Shown: one piece after another, positions 1-7,699 of the stretch
Layout: each line of letters begins with the position of its first letter
Position numbering within the stretch: the first letter of the stretch is position 1
Source of the DNA: an uncultured Thermoanaerobaculia bacterium
Lineage (GTDB): Bacteria > Acidobacteriota > Thermoanaerobaculia > Thermoanaerobaculales > Sulfomarinibacteraceae
Direction of reading: 5' to 3'
Length of the DNA: 64,000 nt
Assembly (NCBI GenBank): GCA_964609835.1
Contig: CAZSTH010000001.1
Coordinates: 34,087-98,086, forward strand
Translations under genes and position numbers: made by a program
Notes under the pieces: generated by a model
What the model was told of the DNA's origin: nothing
The model's database searches: none
The model's input: the letters and a program-made list of their open reading frames with translations, nothing else

Positions 1-451
1 GCGCGTCCGGCAACACCACCGTGCCGATGTCACGACCCTCCATGACGCCGCCCGCGTCCATCGCCAGCCGCTGCTGCAACGGGACCAGGGACCTCCTCAC
101 CGACGGCAACGCCGAAACCGCCGAGGCCATAAGCGAGCACTCCGGGGTCCGCAGCTCGTCCTCGACATCTTCGCCATCGATCAGGACACGGGTGCCCGAG
201 GCGTCCGCATCCACCGTGATCGAGTGGCTCCCCATCAGCTCCACCACCCGCTCCTCGCTTCCGCCGTCGAGCGCGGGGCCGAGACCCGCGCGCAGCGCCA
301 GCAGCCCGACTGCTCTGTACATGGCTCCGGTGTCGAGGTACGGGATTCCGAGCCGCTCCGCCAGCCTCGCTGCCACGCTCGACTTCCCGGCACCAGCCGG
401 TCCGTCGATGGCGATCAGCAGCCGCTCGGTGGATTGATCGGAAGATGCCAC
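1..451 (-). CDS. cmk: cytidylate kinase, N-terminal part (3' end lies beyond window start)
   Basis: Absent from the ORF track because it runs off the window. My reverse translation from GTG 451..449 gives VASSDQSTERLLIAIDGPAGAGKSSVAARLAERLGIPYLDTGAMYRAV...VMEGRDIGTVVLPDA. The P-loop GPAGAGKS plus YLDTGAMYR and GRDIGTVV-PDA are Cmk hallmarks. Confidence 0.85.
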   Translation of the reverse strand, partial: MASSDQSTERLLIAIDGPAGAGKSSVAARLAERLGIPYLDTGAMYRAVGLLALRAGLGPALDGGSEERVVELMGSHSITVDADASGTRVLIDGEDVEDELRTPECSLMASAVSALPSVRRSLVPLQQRLAMDAGGVMEGRDIGTVVLPDA

Positions 452-494
452 GCGCTCGATGCCTTTCCACTGCCGGCGCCGGCAGCGGGGCGGC

Positions 495-500
495 ATTGTA
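495..500 (-). promoter_or_regulatory. putative -10 box TACAAT upstream of cmk
   Basis: Plus strand reads attgta, so TACAAT lies on the minus strand 43 nt upstream of the cmk GTG. It is one of 7 TACAAT copies in the window, all intergenic and gene-oriented. GGAAAGG lies before the start. Confidence 0.4.
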
Positions 501-530
501 CAGCGATTGTCGGCCGACGGAACCTCGGCC

Positions 531-1604
531 TCAGCTCCGCGGCCGCGGCGGCCGGCGGGTCAGGGCCTCGGACGGCGCGACGATCACCGGGATCGTCAAC
601 TTCGGCTTGTCCTCGTCGGTCGTTTCGACCGTAATCTCGCCGTCGATGCTGCCGACCAGCTCACTGTCGCCGACGCCATCGGCGAGCGCCACCCGAAGCC
701 GCTGGTAGCCGTTCTCCGATCCTGGATTGGCGATGGCGGCGAAGAGCTCGGGATGCGACACCGAGACCCGGGTGACCTCGAAACGCCCGCCGTCCCGCCT
801 GCGCAGGCCGACGATGGTCTGGCTGCCGGTCGAAACACCTCCCCCCGGCCACAACCTGACCACGTCCGGCCGGACCTCGACCAGCGCCTGCACCCGGACC
901 GTGTACGGAACCTCCAATTCGTCGAGCTCGGGGTGATTGGTCTGCAGCCGGAGGGTTCCGGCCACCACCCCCACCGGCAGCTCCGGAGATCCGGCCACCT
1001 CGACCCACACGTCACCCGGGAGAGCGTCGAAGGTGCCACGGCGGCCCGGAGACTCCACGCTCTCGACCCGCACGTCGATTGCAGCATGCCCGGCGCTCGC
1101 GCCGTAGATCGCGAGCGGGGCCCGGTCGGCACGTCGCAGCAGCATGCCTCCCCTCAGCTCCTCACCCTCCATCCCCCCCACCGTCATCCGCAGCCGCGGC
1201 TTGCCGATGATCGGCTGGTCGATGTGGACCGTGAATCGGAGCAGGAGGCGCCGGGCGCCGTCGGCGTCGGTTTCCACGTGGATCGACTTCGAGAAGCTGC
1301 CGCTCTGCTGGGCCATGGTCGAGACCGACGCCCGCAGCCGGCCGCTCCCGCCGGGCGCGATCACGCGATCGTAGTCGGCGACCGTGCACCCGCAGGACGG
1401 CTTGACCCGCAGGATGCGTACCGGCACCGGACCGTCATTGCGGAAGGTGTAGGTGGCGTAGGCGGTCCGCCCGGCGATGACGCGCCCCAAATCGAGGCTC
1501 GCCTCCTCGACCCGGAACCGTTCGCCGCTGCCACCGGCAGCCGGTGCCACGGCCCCCGCCGTCAACAGCAGCGCCGCGGCAGCGGTGCAGATTCTCGGAA
1601 CCAT
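531..1604 (-). CDS. secreted DUF1573-domain protein
   Basis: ORF 531..1769 trimmed to the Met at 1604, giving the signal-like N-terminus MVPRICTAAAALLLTAGAVA; the longer start would overlap the upstream gene. FRNDGPVPVRILRVKPSCGCT matches the DUF1573 PSCGCT motif and is followed by beta-rich repeats. Confidence 0.75.
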   Translation of the reverse strand: MVPRICTAAAALLLTAGAVAPAAGGSGERFRVEEASLDLGRVIAGRTAYATYTFRNDGPVPVRILRVKPSCGCTVADYDRVIAPGGSGRLRASVSTMAQQSGSFSKSIHVETDADGARRLLLRFTVHIDQPIIGKPRLRMTVGGMEGEELRGGMLLRRADRAPLAIYGASAGHAAIDVRVESVESPGRRGTFDALPGDVWVEVAGSPELPVGVVAGTLRLQTNHPELDELEVPYTVRVQALVEVRPDVVRLWPGGGVSTGSQTIVGLRRRDGGRFEVTRVSVSHPELFAAIANPGSENGYQRLRVALADGVGDSELVGSIDGEITVETTDEDKPKLTIPVIVAPSEALTRRPPRPRS

Positions 1605-1642
1605 CGTCACGCTCCCCGGCCGCAAGGCCGAAGACGATTGTA

Positions 1643-2407
1643 TCAGCCGGCGATCCGCTGCTCGCCGAGCAGCTGGCCCCCGGTGCCGACCACCTGGCAG
1701 TTGACGGTCAGCTTCCGGCGCGCCCGCCGAGCAGCGTCGGTGGCGAGGCGCACCAGCCCGCTGCAGCACGGGACCTCCATCACGATCACGGTCAAACTCG
1801 CGATCCCGGCATCGTCGATCATCGACACCAGCTTGCGGAGGTAAATGTCCTGTTTCGAGTCCAGCTTCGGACAGGCGATGGCCAGCGAACGGCCAGCCAG
1901 GAACCGTCGATGGAAATCACCCACCGCGAACGCCACGCAGTCGGCGGCGAGCAGCACGTGTGCGCCGAGAAAGAACGGCGCGGTCGCCGATGCGAGATGG
2001 AGCTGGACCGGCCAGTTCGCGAGCTGTGAGGCCACCTCCCGGCCCGGTCCCGGCTCGGCGGGCGCATGAGGTTCGAGAACCCGGGTCCGCGAACCCGGGC
2101 AACCGCCCCCCGGTGCCGAGCCGATCACCGCCATCGGCGTCCCTTTCGAAGGCTGATTCGTTCGGTGGGCGGCGAGGCGGGCCTCCACCGCGGACTCGTC
2201 GAAGGTTTCCGCCTCGCGCCGGACCACCGTCAGCGCTCCTTGCGGACAGTGTCCGAGGCAGGCTCCGAGACCGTCGCAGTAGACGTCGCTCAGCAATTGC
2301 GCCGTGCCGTCGACGATCTCGATCGCCCCTTCGGCACAGGCCGTCACACAATCCCCACAGCCGTCGCAGAGTAGCTCGTCGATCTCGATCACGTCTCGGA
2401 ACGGCAT
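1643..2407 (-). CDS. 4Fe-4S dicluster ferredoxin-domain protein with Cys-rich C-terminal domain
   Basis: The N-terminus carries CDGCGDCVTAC and CDGLGACLGHCP cluster motifs; the C-terminal part has ACPKLD and EVPCCSG. The start abuts the stop of the cupin gene, consistent with an operon. Confidence 0.7.
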   Translation of the reverse strand: MPFRDVIEIDELLCDGCGDCVTACAEGAIEIVDGTAQLLSDVYCDGLGACLGHCPQGALTVVRREAETFDESAVEARLAAHRTNQPSKGTPMAVIGSAPGGGCPGSRTRVLEPHAPAEPGPGREVASQLANWPVQLHLASATAPFFLGAHVLLAADCVAFAVGDFHRRFLAGRSLAIACPKLDSKQDIYLRKLVSMIDDAGIASLTVIVMEVPCCSGLVRLATDAARRARRKLTVNCQVVGTGGQLLGEQRIAG

Positions 2408-2767
2408 TCAGCCCTCCTGTTCGCGCTCGCGCAGCATGGTCAGCAACATGTAGGTGGGCTCCAGAGCCTCGAGCGAGTGCGGCACGCCGGCGGGCATGCG
2501 CACGATCTCACCGGCTTCCGGTGCCACCTCGACGCCGCCGATGACGAGGCGCAGCCGGCCCTCGATGACGTGGACGACGGCATCGAATGGCGCGGTGTGC
2601 TCGGACAGGCTCTGGCCCTTGTCGAACGCGAACAGGGTCAGGCTGCCACCCCCGGTGCGTGCCAGCACCCTCGAGACGATGGCCGCCTCGCCGATCTCGG
2701 CGAGATCCGTCACGGCTACCGCGCGGTCGGTCGGCAGGTCTTCGCGTGTCGTGTTCCTGGATGTCAT
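2408..2767 (-). CDS. cupin domain protein
   Basis: Cupin_2-like pattern GQSLSEHTAPFDAVVHVIEGRLRLVIGG...RMPAGVPHSL. GAGAGGGGA Shine-Dalgarno upstream of ATG 2767. Confidence 0.75.
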   Translation of the reverse strand: MTSRNTTREDLPTDRAVAVTDLAEIGEAAIVSRVLARTGGGSLTLFAFDKGQSLSEHTAPFDAVVHVIEGRLRLVIGGVEVAPEAGEIVRMPAGVPHSLEALEPTYMLLTMLREREQEG

Positions 2768-2830
2768 GTCAGTCCCCTCTCGCGGCCCCGAGCCGCAACT
2801 TCAGTGTGGTCGTGTCCGCAGGCGGTTTCC

Positions 2831-2844
2831 TTGATCCGCATCAA
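2831..2844. promoter_or_regulatory. FNR/CRP-family binding site TTGAT-N4-ATCAA
   Basis: TTGATCCGCATCAA is an exact 10/10 match to the palindromic half-sites. It lies in the 111-bp gap upstream of the cupin/ferredoxin operon, centred about 70 nt before ATG 2767. Confidence 0.5.
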
Positions 2845-2878
2845 GTCGACGGCCCGCACGGCGGCTTCTTCCGCCCGG

Positions 2879-4144
2879 TCAGCGACGCGGATAGACCGGA
2901 GCCCCGGCCATCACACCCACGGTCGCACCCTCGAATTCCTCACGCCATCGCGCGAGTACCGTCTCCGGATCGGAGACCGGCAGGAAACCGAGGTCGCCGG
3001 CGGTGGTGTGGTCGAAGCGCGAGTGGAGGTGGACCCGGAAGCGGGACGTCTTGTCGAGCAGGCGCAGCGTGGTGTGCCCGTATTGCACCCAGGCCTCCGC
3101 CAGCCGATCCATGATCGCTCGTGGTCGCGGGTCGGCGACGAATGGTTCCATCTCCGGCGATCCGAGACCATCGTTGAGGGCGGCGGTAAACAGGAGCTCG
3201 CCGCCCGGCGCGAGAAAATCGCACGCCGCGTCGAGGCCCTTGTGTGCCTGGACCAGCGTCGCATCCGTCGGACCGCCGCCGCCGCTGGCGACCATCAGGT
3301 CGCAGGCCTCCGGAACCGCGACCTCGAACCACTCCCGCGCCGCCACCACCGCGGCATCGAAGGCAGTCCGCCACGACCCGGCGCCGACCCAGGCGATGCC
3401 ACCTTCGGAACCGGCCACGCTGCACACGGCGAAGTCGGGCGGCCTCTCGCCCGCAGCTCGTGCGATCTCTTCCGCCACCGGGTTGCCGTCGAGCACGCCG
3501 GCGCGGCAGCGCCCGTCGGGCCGGCGCTGGCTGCCCTCGCCGCACAGCACGAGCGAATGGTTGGCTTGGATCTCCTCGTAGCCGGCGATTCCGGGGAAGA
3601 CCATCTTCGGGCCGCCGCCGAAGCCCGCGAAGTAGTGGTGCCGCACGCCGCCGACGGTGACCAGGAAATCGGCCTCCACCGCGTCGCGCGCGACCCGCAG
3701 AGGCATTCCGGGCCGCAGCTCGCCGACAGCGACAAGTCGGTCCGCGGCTCGGGCATCATGCTGGCGCGCCCGGAGCTCGGGGGGCAGCGGTCCCAGGAAG
3801 CGGCGCAGATCCTCGTCGTCGATGGGGGGATGGGTGCCGCAGGCGACAATCACCGTGATCGAATCCGCCGTGATCGCCGCGGCCTCGAGCCGAGCGAGGA
3901 CCACCGGCAGGATCGCCGGCAGCGGCAGGGGCCGCGTCCAGTCCGACACCACCAGCGCCGCGCTGCGCTTGCCGCGCGCTCTCTCGACCAGCGGCGGGCC
4001 ATCGAGGGGCCGGTCGACCGCGGCGGCGATCAAGGCGCCGGGATCCCGGCTCGCGGAGGGTCCGTTGCTCGCCAGAGGCCGCACCCTCAATCCTCGCAGG
4101 TCGAGGGCCTCGACGCCGCTGCCGAAGGGCAGTTTGACAATCAC
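2879..4144 (-). CDS. LarA-family (DUF2088) nickel-pincer-dependent racemase/epimerase-like protein
   Basis: VRHHYFAGFGGGPKMVFPGIAG, with Lys at the position of the cofactor-tethering Lys, followed by ANHS. Start set to GTG 4144 (VIVKLPFGSG); the ATG at 4294 would overlap the divergent AMMECR1 gene. Confidence 0.75.
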   Translation of the reverse strand: MIVKLPFGSGVEALDLRGLRVRPLASNGPSASRDPGALIAAAVDRPLDGPPLVERARGKRSAALVVSDWTRPLPLPAILPVVLARLEAAAITADSITVIVACGTHPPIDDEDLRRFLGPLPPELRARQHDARAADRLVAVGELRPGMPLRVARDAVEADFLVTVGGVRHHYFAGFGGGPKMVFPGIAGYEEIQANHSLVLCGEGSQRRPDGRCRAGVLDGNPVAEEIARAAGERPPDFAVCSVAGSEGGIAWVGAGSWRTAFDAAVVAAREWFEVAVPEACDLMVASGGGGPTDATLVQAHKGLDAACDFLAPGGELLFTAALNDGLGSPEMEPFVADPRPRAIMDRLAEAWVQYGHTTLRLLDKTSRFRVHLHSRFDHTTAGDLGFLPVSDPETVLARWREEFEGATVGVMAGAPVYPRR

Positions 4145-4161
4145 CGCATCACGATAGCATT

Positions 4162-4740
4162 GTGGTGGGGATGGACTCCTCTGCCGATCCTCACCCGATC
4201 TCCCCGATAGGTCGCAGGTTCCTTCTCGCGCTGGCGCGCGCGACCATCGCTGAACAGCTCGATCTCCCGGGGGTCGCACCTCCCGGCGAACCACCGCATG
4301 AGGTCGGCAAGCGGCAGGGCGCCTTCGTGACCCTCAAGATCGACCGCCGTCTGCGCGGTTGCATCGGTCACGTTGTCGGCGTGGTCCCGCTGTGGGAGGC
4401 GGTCCGCGACAACGCCGCCGCCGCCGCTTTCCGCGACCCGCGATTTCCGGCCCTCGAGGCCGACGAGCTGGAACGGGTTCGGCTCGAGATCTCGGTCCTG
4501 AGCCCGCTGCGCCCCGTCCCGGCGGACGGGGTGGAGGTGGGACGCCACGGAGTGCTCATCGAGCGCGGGCCGACGCGCGGCCTGCTTCTGCCCCAGGTGG
4601 CGGTGGAGTACGGCTGGGACCGGGAGATTTTCCTCGACCACACCTGCCGCAAGGCCGGCCTCGAGCTCGGCTGCTGGCGTGATCCGGAAACGGTGATCCA
4701 GGTCTTCTCCGCCGAGGTGTTCGGGGAGGACGATCTCTGA
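4162..4740 (+). CDS. AMMECR1 domain protein
   Basis: GAFVTLK..LRGCIGH..RDPRFPAL..LEISVLSPL..GLLLPQVA signature. Start is GTG 4162 or ATG 4171. Confidence 0.85.
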   Translation: MVGMDSSADPHPISPIGRRFLLALARATIAEQLDLPGVAPPGEPPHEVGKRQGAFVTLKIDRRLRGCIGHVVGVVPLWEAVRDNAAAAAFRDPRFPALEADELERVRLEISVLSPLRPVPADGVEVGRHGVLIERGPTRGLLLPQVAVEYGWDREIFLDHTCRKAGLELGCWRDPETVIQVFSAEVFGEDDL

Positions 4741-4830
4741 TTTTGGAACTCGGATTCGTCGAGTGCTCACCGGGAGATGATGTGACCAGCCGGCGTGAGG
4801 GTCGGGCGGGAAATCCGAAATCCGAAGTCC

Positions 4831-6780
4831 TCATCCGGTGACGTTCAGGACGTCCCGCTGGTACGCCTCGATCGAGGGGTATGACCGGAACGGGCGGCCG
4901 CGGGCGGCATCGGGATCCGGCAGCGGCACCGCCTCTGAAATGTCGAGCAGTCGGTCGAGCAGCTTCTGGAACGCGGCCATGGCGTTGTCGGCCGCCACCA
5001 GCGATCTCGGGTCGAAGGCATTGCTAAGCAGGCGCACGGTACGAATCTGCGGGCGGTCGCCCCACGGCGAGTCGAGCAGGAGGTCGACGAGCACGATCGG
5101 GCGCTCGCCGGAGCGAGCGATCCCGCCCACCGCCAGAGCCTGGATCGAGTCCAGCCCGATGCTGCGGAGCCGGCCGTCGATCTCCAGTTCGAGCAGCGAG
5201 CCGTTCAGCCTCCGAGGAATCGCCTGAACCACCTGCAGGGTGTGCGCGGCTCTGCAAACCTCAATCGCACCATTGAGGGTCTCGCCGAAGCCGGATGACG
5301 CAGCCGTCGTCTCCTCCTCGCGTTCCGACGCGCGTGCGCTTCCCAGCTCTTCGCGCGCATCCGGAGGCAGCTCTGGATCCGCGAGCGCAGCATCGATGAC
5401 GGAGGCAACCGAGGGCGCCTCGAGCGTGATCGCCAGGCGCGCGAGGCGCAGCCGCAGCCCCGCAGGTGTCGAGTGGTCCATTCGCCTGAATGCCAGCTCG
5501 ACGGTGTCGCGGGCGCCCTCGTCCCGTCGATCCCGCTCGAGCAGCTCGGCCATGCGCACCGCGAGCGCCGGCTCGACCGGCAGATTGCCGCAGGCATGCA
5601 GCATGTCCTCCCAGTGGGCAATTACGAACTCGTCGTCTCCGCGTCGGACCGCAGAGGCCAGGGCCCTCAGCATGGGCGGCACCGCGGCGGCTGTCATGTC
5701 GTGCTTGAAGCACAGGTTCCACAACGCCATGGCTGCGTCCACGTTGTCCGGATTGACGGCGAGCTCACGTTCGAACGAGCCGACGGCTCCGCGCACGTCG
5801 CCGCTCTCGGCGAGCGCCGACGCCGTCTCGACGGCGGTGTTGTCGACCAGGGTGACCTTGGACTCGATCGAGCCGTGGATGTACTTCTCCTCGATCCTGA
5901 GATAGGCGATCACCGCCGCCGCAACCGCGCCGAAGCCGAAACCCCAGACATGCGCCCAGAACGCGACACCGCCGCCCCCGGCGCCGGGAGCCAGGGTGTC
6001 CATCGCGGCCGCGTAGGCGAGTTCCTTGAAGAACCACAGCGGCAGCATCAGCCACGCCGGTGCCTCGAAGGTGCCGCGAACCACCAGACCGAACCAGTAG
6101 AAGAAGCGGATGTTGGTGCTCCAGTAGCGAACCAGGAATGCACCCATGACGCCGGCAATGGCCCCAGACGCGCCGATCAGGGGCGCGTCGAGCTGCGGGT
6201 ACCGGACCATGAACATCAGCCCTGCGACGACACCGGCGATGATGTAGAAGGCGCCGTACAGTGGCCGCCCCCACACGTCCTCGATGAACGGGCCGGCGAG
6301 AAACAGCAGGAACAGGTTTCCGAACAGGTGCCAGAACCCGCCGTGAAGAAATTGATGGGTGATCACGGTCTCGACGTGGAACCTGGCCGGCACCAAACCC
6401 CACCGCCACATCGGTGATTGCTCCAGCGCCGCGTAGATCTCGCCCACGAGATCTTCGAGGAAGCGCTGCTCCTCGGCAACGATCTCGGGGTTGGCCGGAC
6501 GTTCGGGGCCGAGTTCGCGCATCGCCTCGATTTCGGCCGCCATCTCGTCCGCGCCGTACTGGCCCTCGAAGAAGCTGTAGAGGCGCTCCGGAAGCTGGAG
6601 GTAGGGATGCTCGGCGAAATACTCCAACGCCTGTTGCAGGTTTCCAGCCGCCTCCCGCTCCCCCCCGGAACCCATCAGGGAGGTGAAGATGGAGACGAGG
6701 ACGCACAGACCCATGATTGAGAAGGTCACCCAGGGCAGTCGTCGAACCGTCGTGTGCTCGTGGCCGATGGGTATGATCAT
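4831..6780 (-). CDS. rhomboid-family intramembrane serine protease with ~350-aa C-terminal extension
   Basis: HQFLHGGFWHLFGNLFLLF and GASGAIAGVMGAF (GxSG catalytic Ser) plus multiple TM helices. The C-terminal half is soluble, TPR-like and unassigned. Confidence 0.85.
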   Translation of the reverse strand: MIIPIGHEHTTVRRLPWVTFSIMGLCVLVSIFTSLMGSGGEREAAGNLQQALEYFAEHPYLQLPERLYSFFEGQYGADEMAAEIEAMRELGPERPANPEIVAEEQRFLEDLVGEIYAALEQSPMWRWGLVPARFHVETVITHQFLHGGFWHLFGNLFLLFLAGPFIEDVWGRPLYGAFYIIAGVVAGLMFMVRYPQLDAPLIGASGAIAGVMGAFLVRYWSTNIRFFYWFGLVVRGTFEAPAWLMLPLWFFKELAYAAAMDTLAPGAGGGGVAFWAHVWGFGFGAVAAAVIAYLRIEEKYIHGSIESKVTLVDNTAVETASALAESGDVRGAVGSFERELAVNPDNVDAAMALWNLCFKHDMTAAAVPPMLRALASAVRRGDDEFVIAHWEDMLHACGNLPVEPALAVRMAELLERDRRDEGARDTVELAFRRMDHSTPAGLRLRLARLAITLEAPSVASVIDAALADPELPPDAREELGSARASEREEETTAASSGFGETLNGAIEVCRAAHTLQVVQAIPRRLNGSLLELEIDGRLRSIGLDSIQALAVGGIARSGERPIVLVDLLLDSPWGDRPQIRTVRLLSNAFDPRSLVAADNAMAAFQKLLDRLLDISEAVPLPDPDAARGRPFRSYPSIEAYQRDVLNVTG

Positions 6781-6805
6781 GGACGCTCCGCCGCGGTCCC
6801 TCGTC

Positions 6806-6812
6806 TATTATA
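6806..6812. promoter_or_regulatory. overlapping face-to-face -10 boxes in a 38-bp divergent intergenic region
   Basis: The sequence TATTATA reads TATTAT on the plus strand, 7 nt before ATG 6819. It reads TATAAT on the minus strand, 26 nt before ATG 6780, with GGAG in between. Confidence 0.45.
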
Positions 6813-6818
6813 TCCGCC

Positions 6819-7556
6819 ATGGCCGTGGGAGCCGTGATCCTCGTCGAGCCGTCCCTGCCCGGCAACATCGGTGCCGCGCTGCGCGTCGCGGCCAACTTCG
6901 GCGTCCCGAGGGTCGAGCTGGTCCGCCCCACTCCCCCACCTGACGACCCGGAGGTGCTGGCTTGGGCGTGCGGCGCTGAGCAGCGTGTCCGGTGCCGCAG
7001 CTGGGAGACGCTCTCGGAGGCCGCAGCCGGTTACCGAACCCTCGCCGCCTCAGCCTCCGGCCGCGGCCGCGAGAACCTGCCGGTGATCGGTCCCCGTGAG
7101 GCCATCGCGGTGCTCCGGCAGCGCGGGCTCGAACGCACGGCGCTGGTCTTCGGCAACGAGACACGAGGACTTCGACGGGATCATCTCGACTGTTGCGACC
7201 TCGTCATCCGGGTCCCCACCGAGCCGGAGTTCCCGGTGCTCAATCTCGCTCAGGCGGTGGCGATTCTGGTCGCTGCATTGCGGCTCGCGGAAGGCCAGGA
7301 AGACGACCGGGGGCCGGAACCTGCCGCGCAGCGCCAGGTCGAGGAGATGATGCAGCACCTCCACCGCAGCCTGCTCGGCATCGGGTTCCTCGACCCCCAG
7401 AGCCCACAGCGCATCCTCGGCAAGCTCCGGCGGCTGTTCGGCCGCGCGGGCATCACCGACAACGAGGTCAAGATCGTGCGCGGGATCTGCCGCCAGATGG
7501 AGTGGGCAGCTCGCGCCCGGCCCGGGAGATTCGACGATCGCGAGCCCGAAGGCTGA
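6819..7556 (+). CDS. trmJ: SpoU/TrmJ-type tRNA 2'-O-methyltransferase
   Basis: VILVEPSLPGNIGAALRVAANFG...LVFGNETRGL...PVLNLAQAVAILV is collinear with TrmJ/SpoU motifs. Confidence 0.7.
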   Translation: MAVGAVILVEPSLPGNIGAALRVAANFGVPRVELVRPTPPPDDPEVLAWACGAEQRVRCRSWETLSEAAAGYRTLAASASGRGRENLPVIGPREAIAVLRQRGLERTALVFGNETRGLRRDHLDCCDLVIRVPTEPEFPVLNLAQAVAILVAALRLAEGQEDDRGPEPAAQRQVEEMMQHLHRSLLGIGFLDPQSPQRILGKLRRLFGRAGITDNEVKIVRGICRQMEWAARARPGRFDDREPEG

Positions 7557-7699
7557 TCGGGAACCGACTCTCGAACCAACAAGACACCAACCCACCAGGA
7601 TCCTGACGATGCCGCGCTCGCCGCAGCATCTGTCTTCTTGGGGTCTCCGTGTCCTGGTGGCTCGGTTCACGCGGTGGTCAGAGACTCGAGCACGAGCCT

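Noticed and set aside
7557-7699. Possible tRNA, sRNA or terminator between the convergent trmJ-like and TPR genes
   Set aside because: There are only loose inverted repeats (CCACCAGGA…TCCTGGTGG about 50 nt apart). I saw no cloverleaf-compatible arms and no hairpin plus U-tract.
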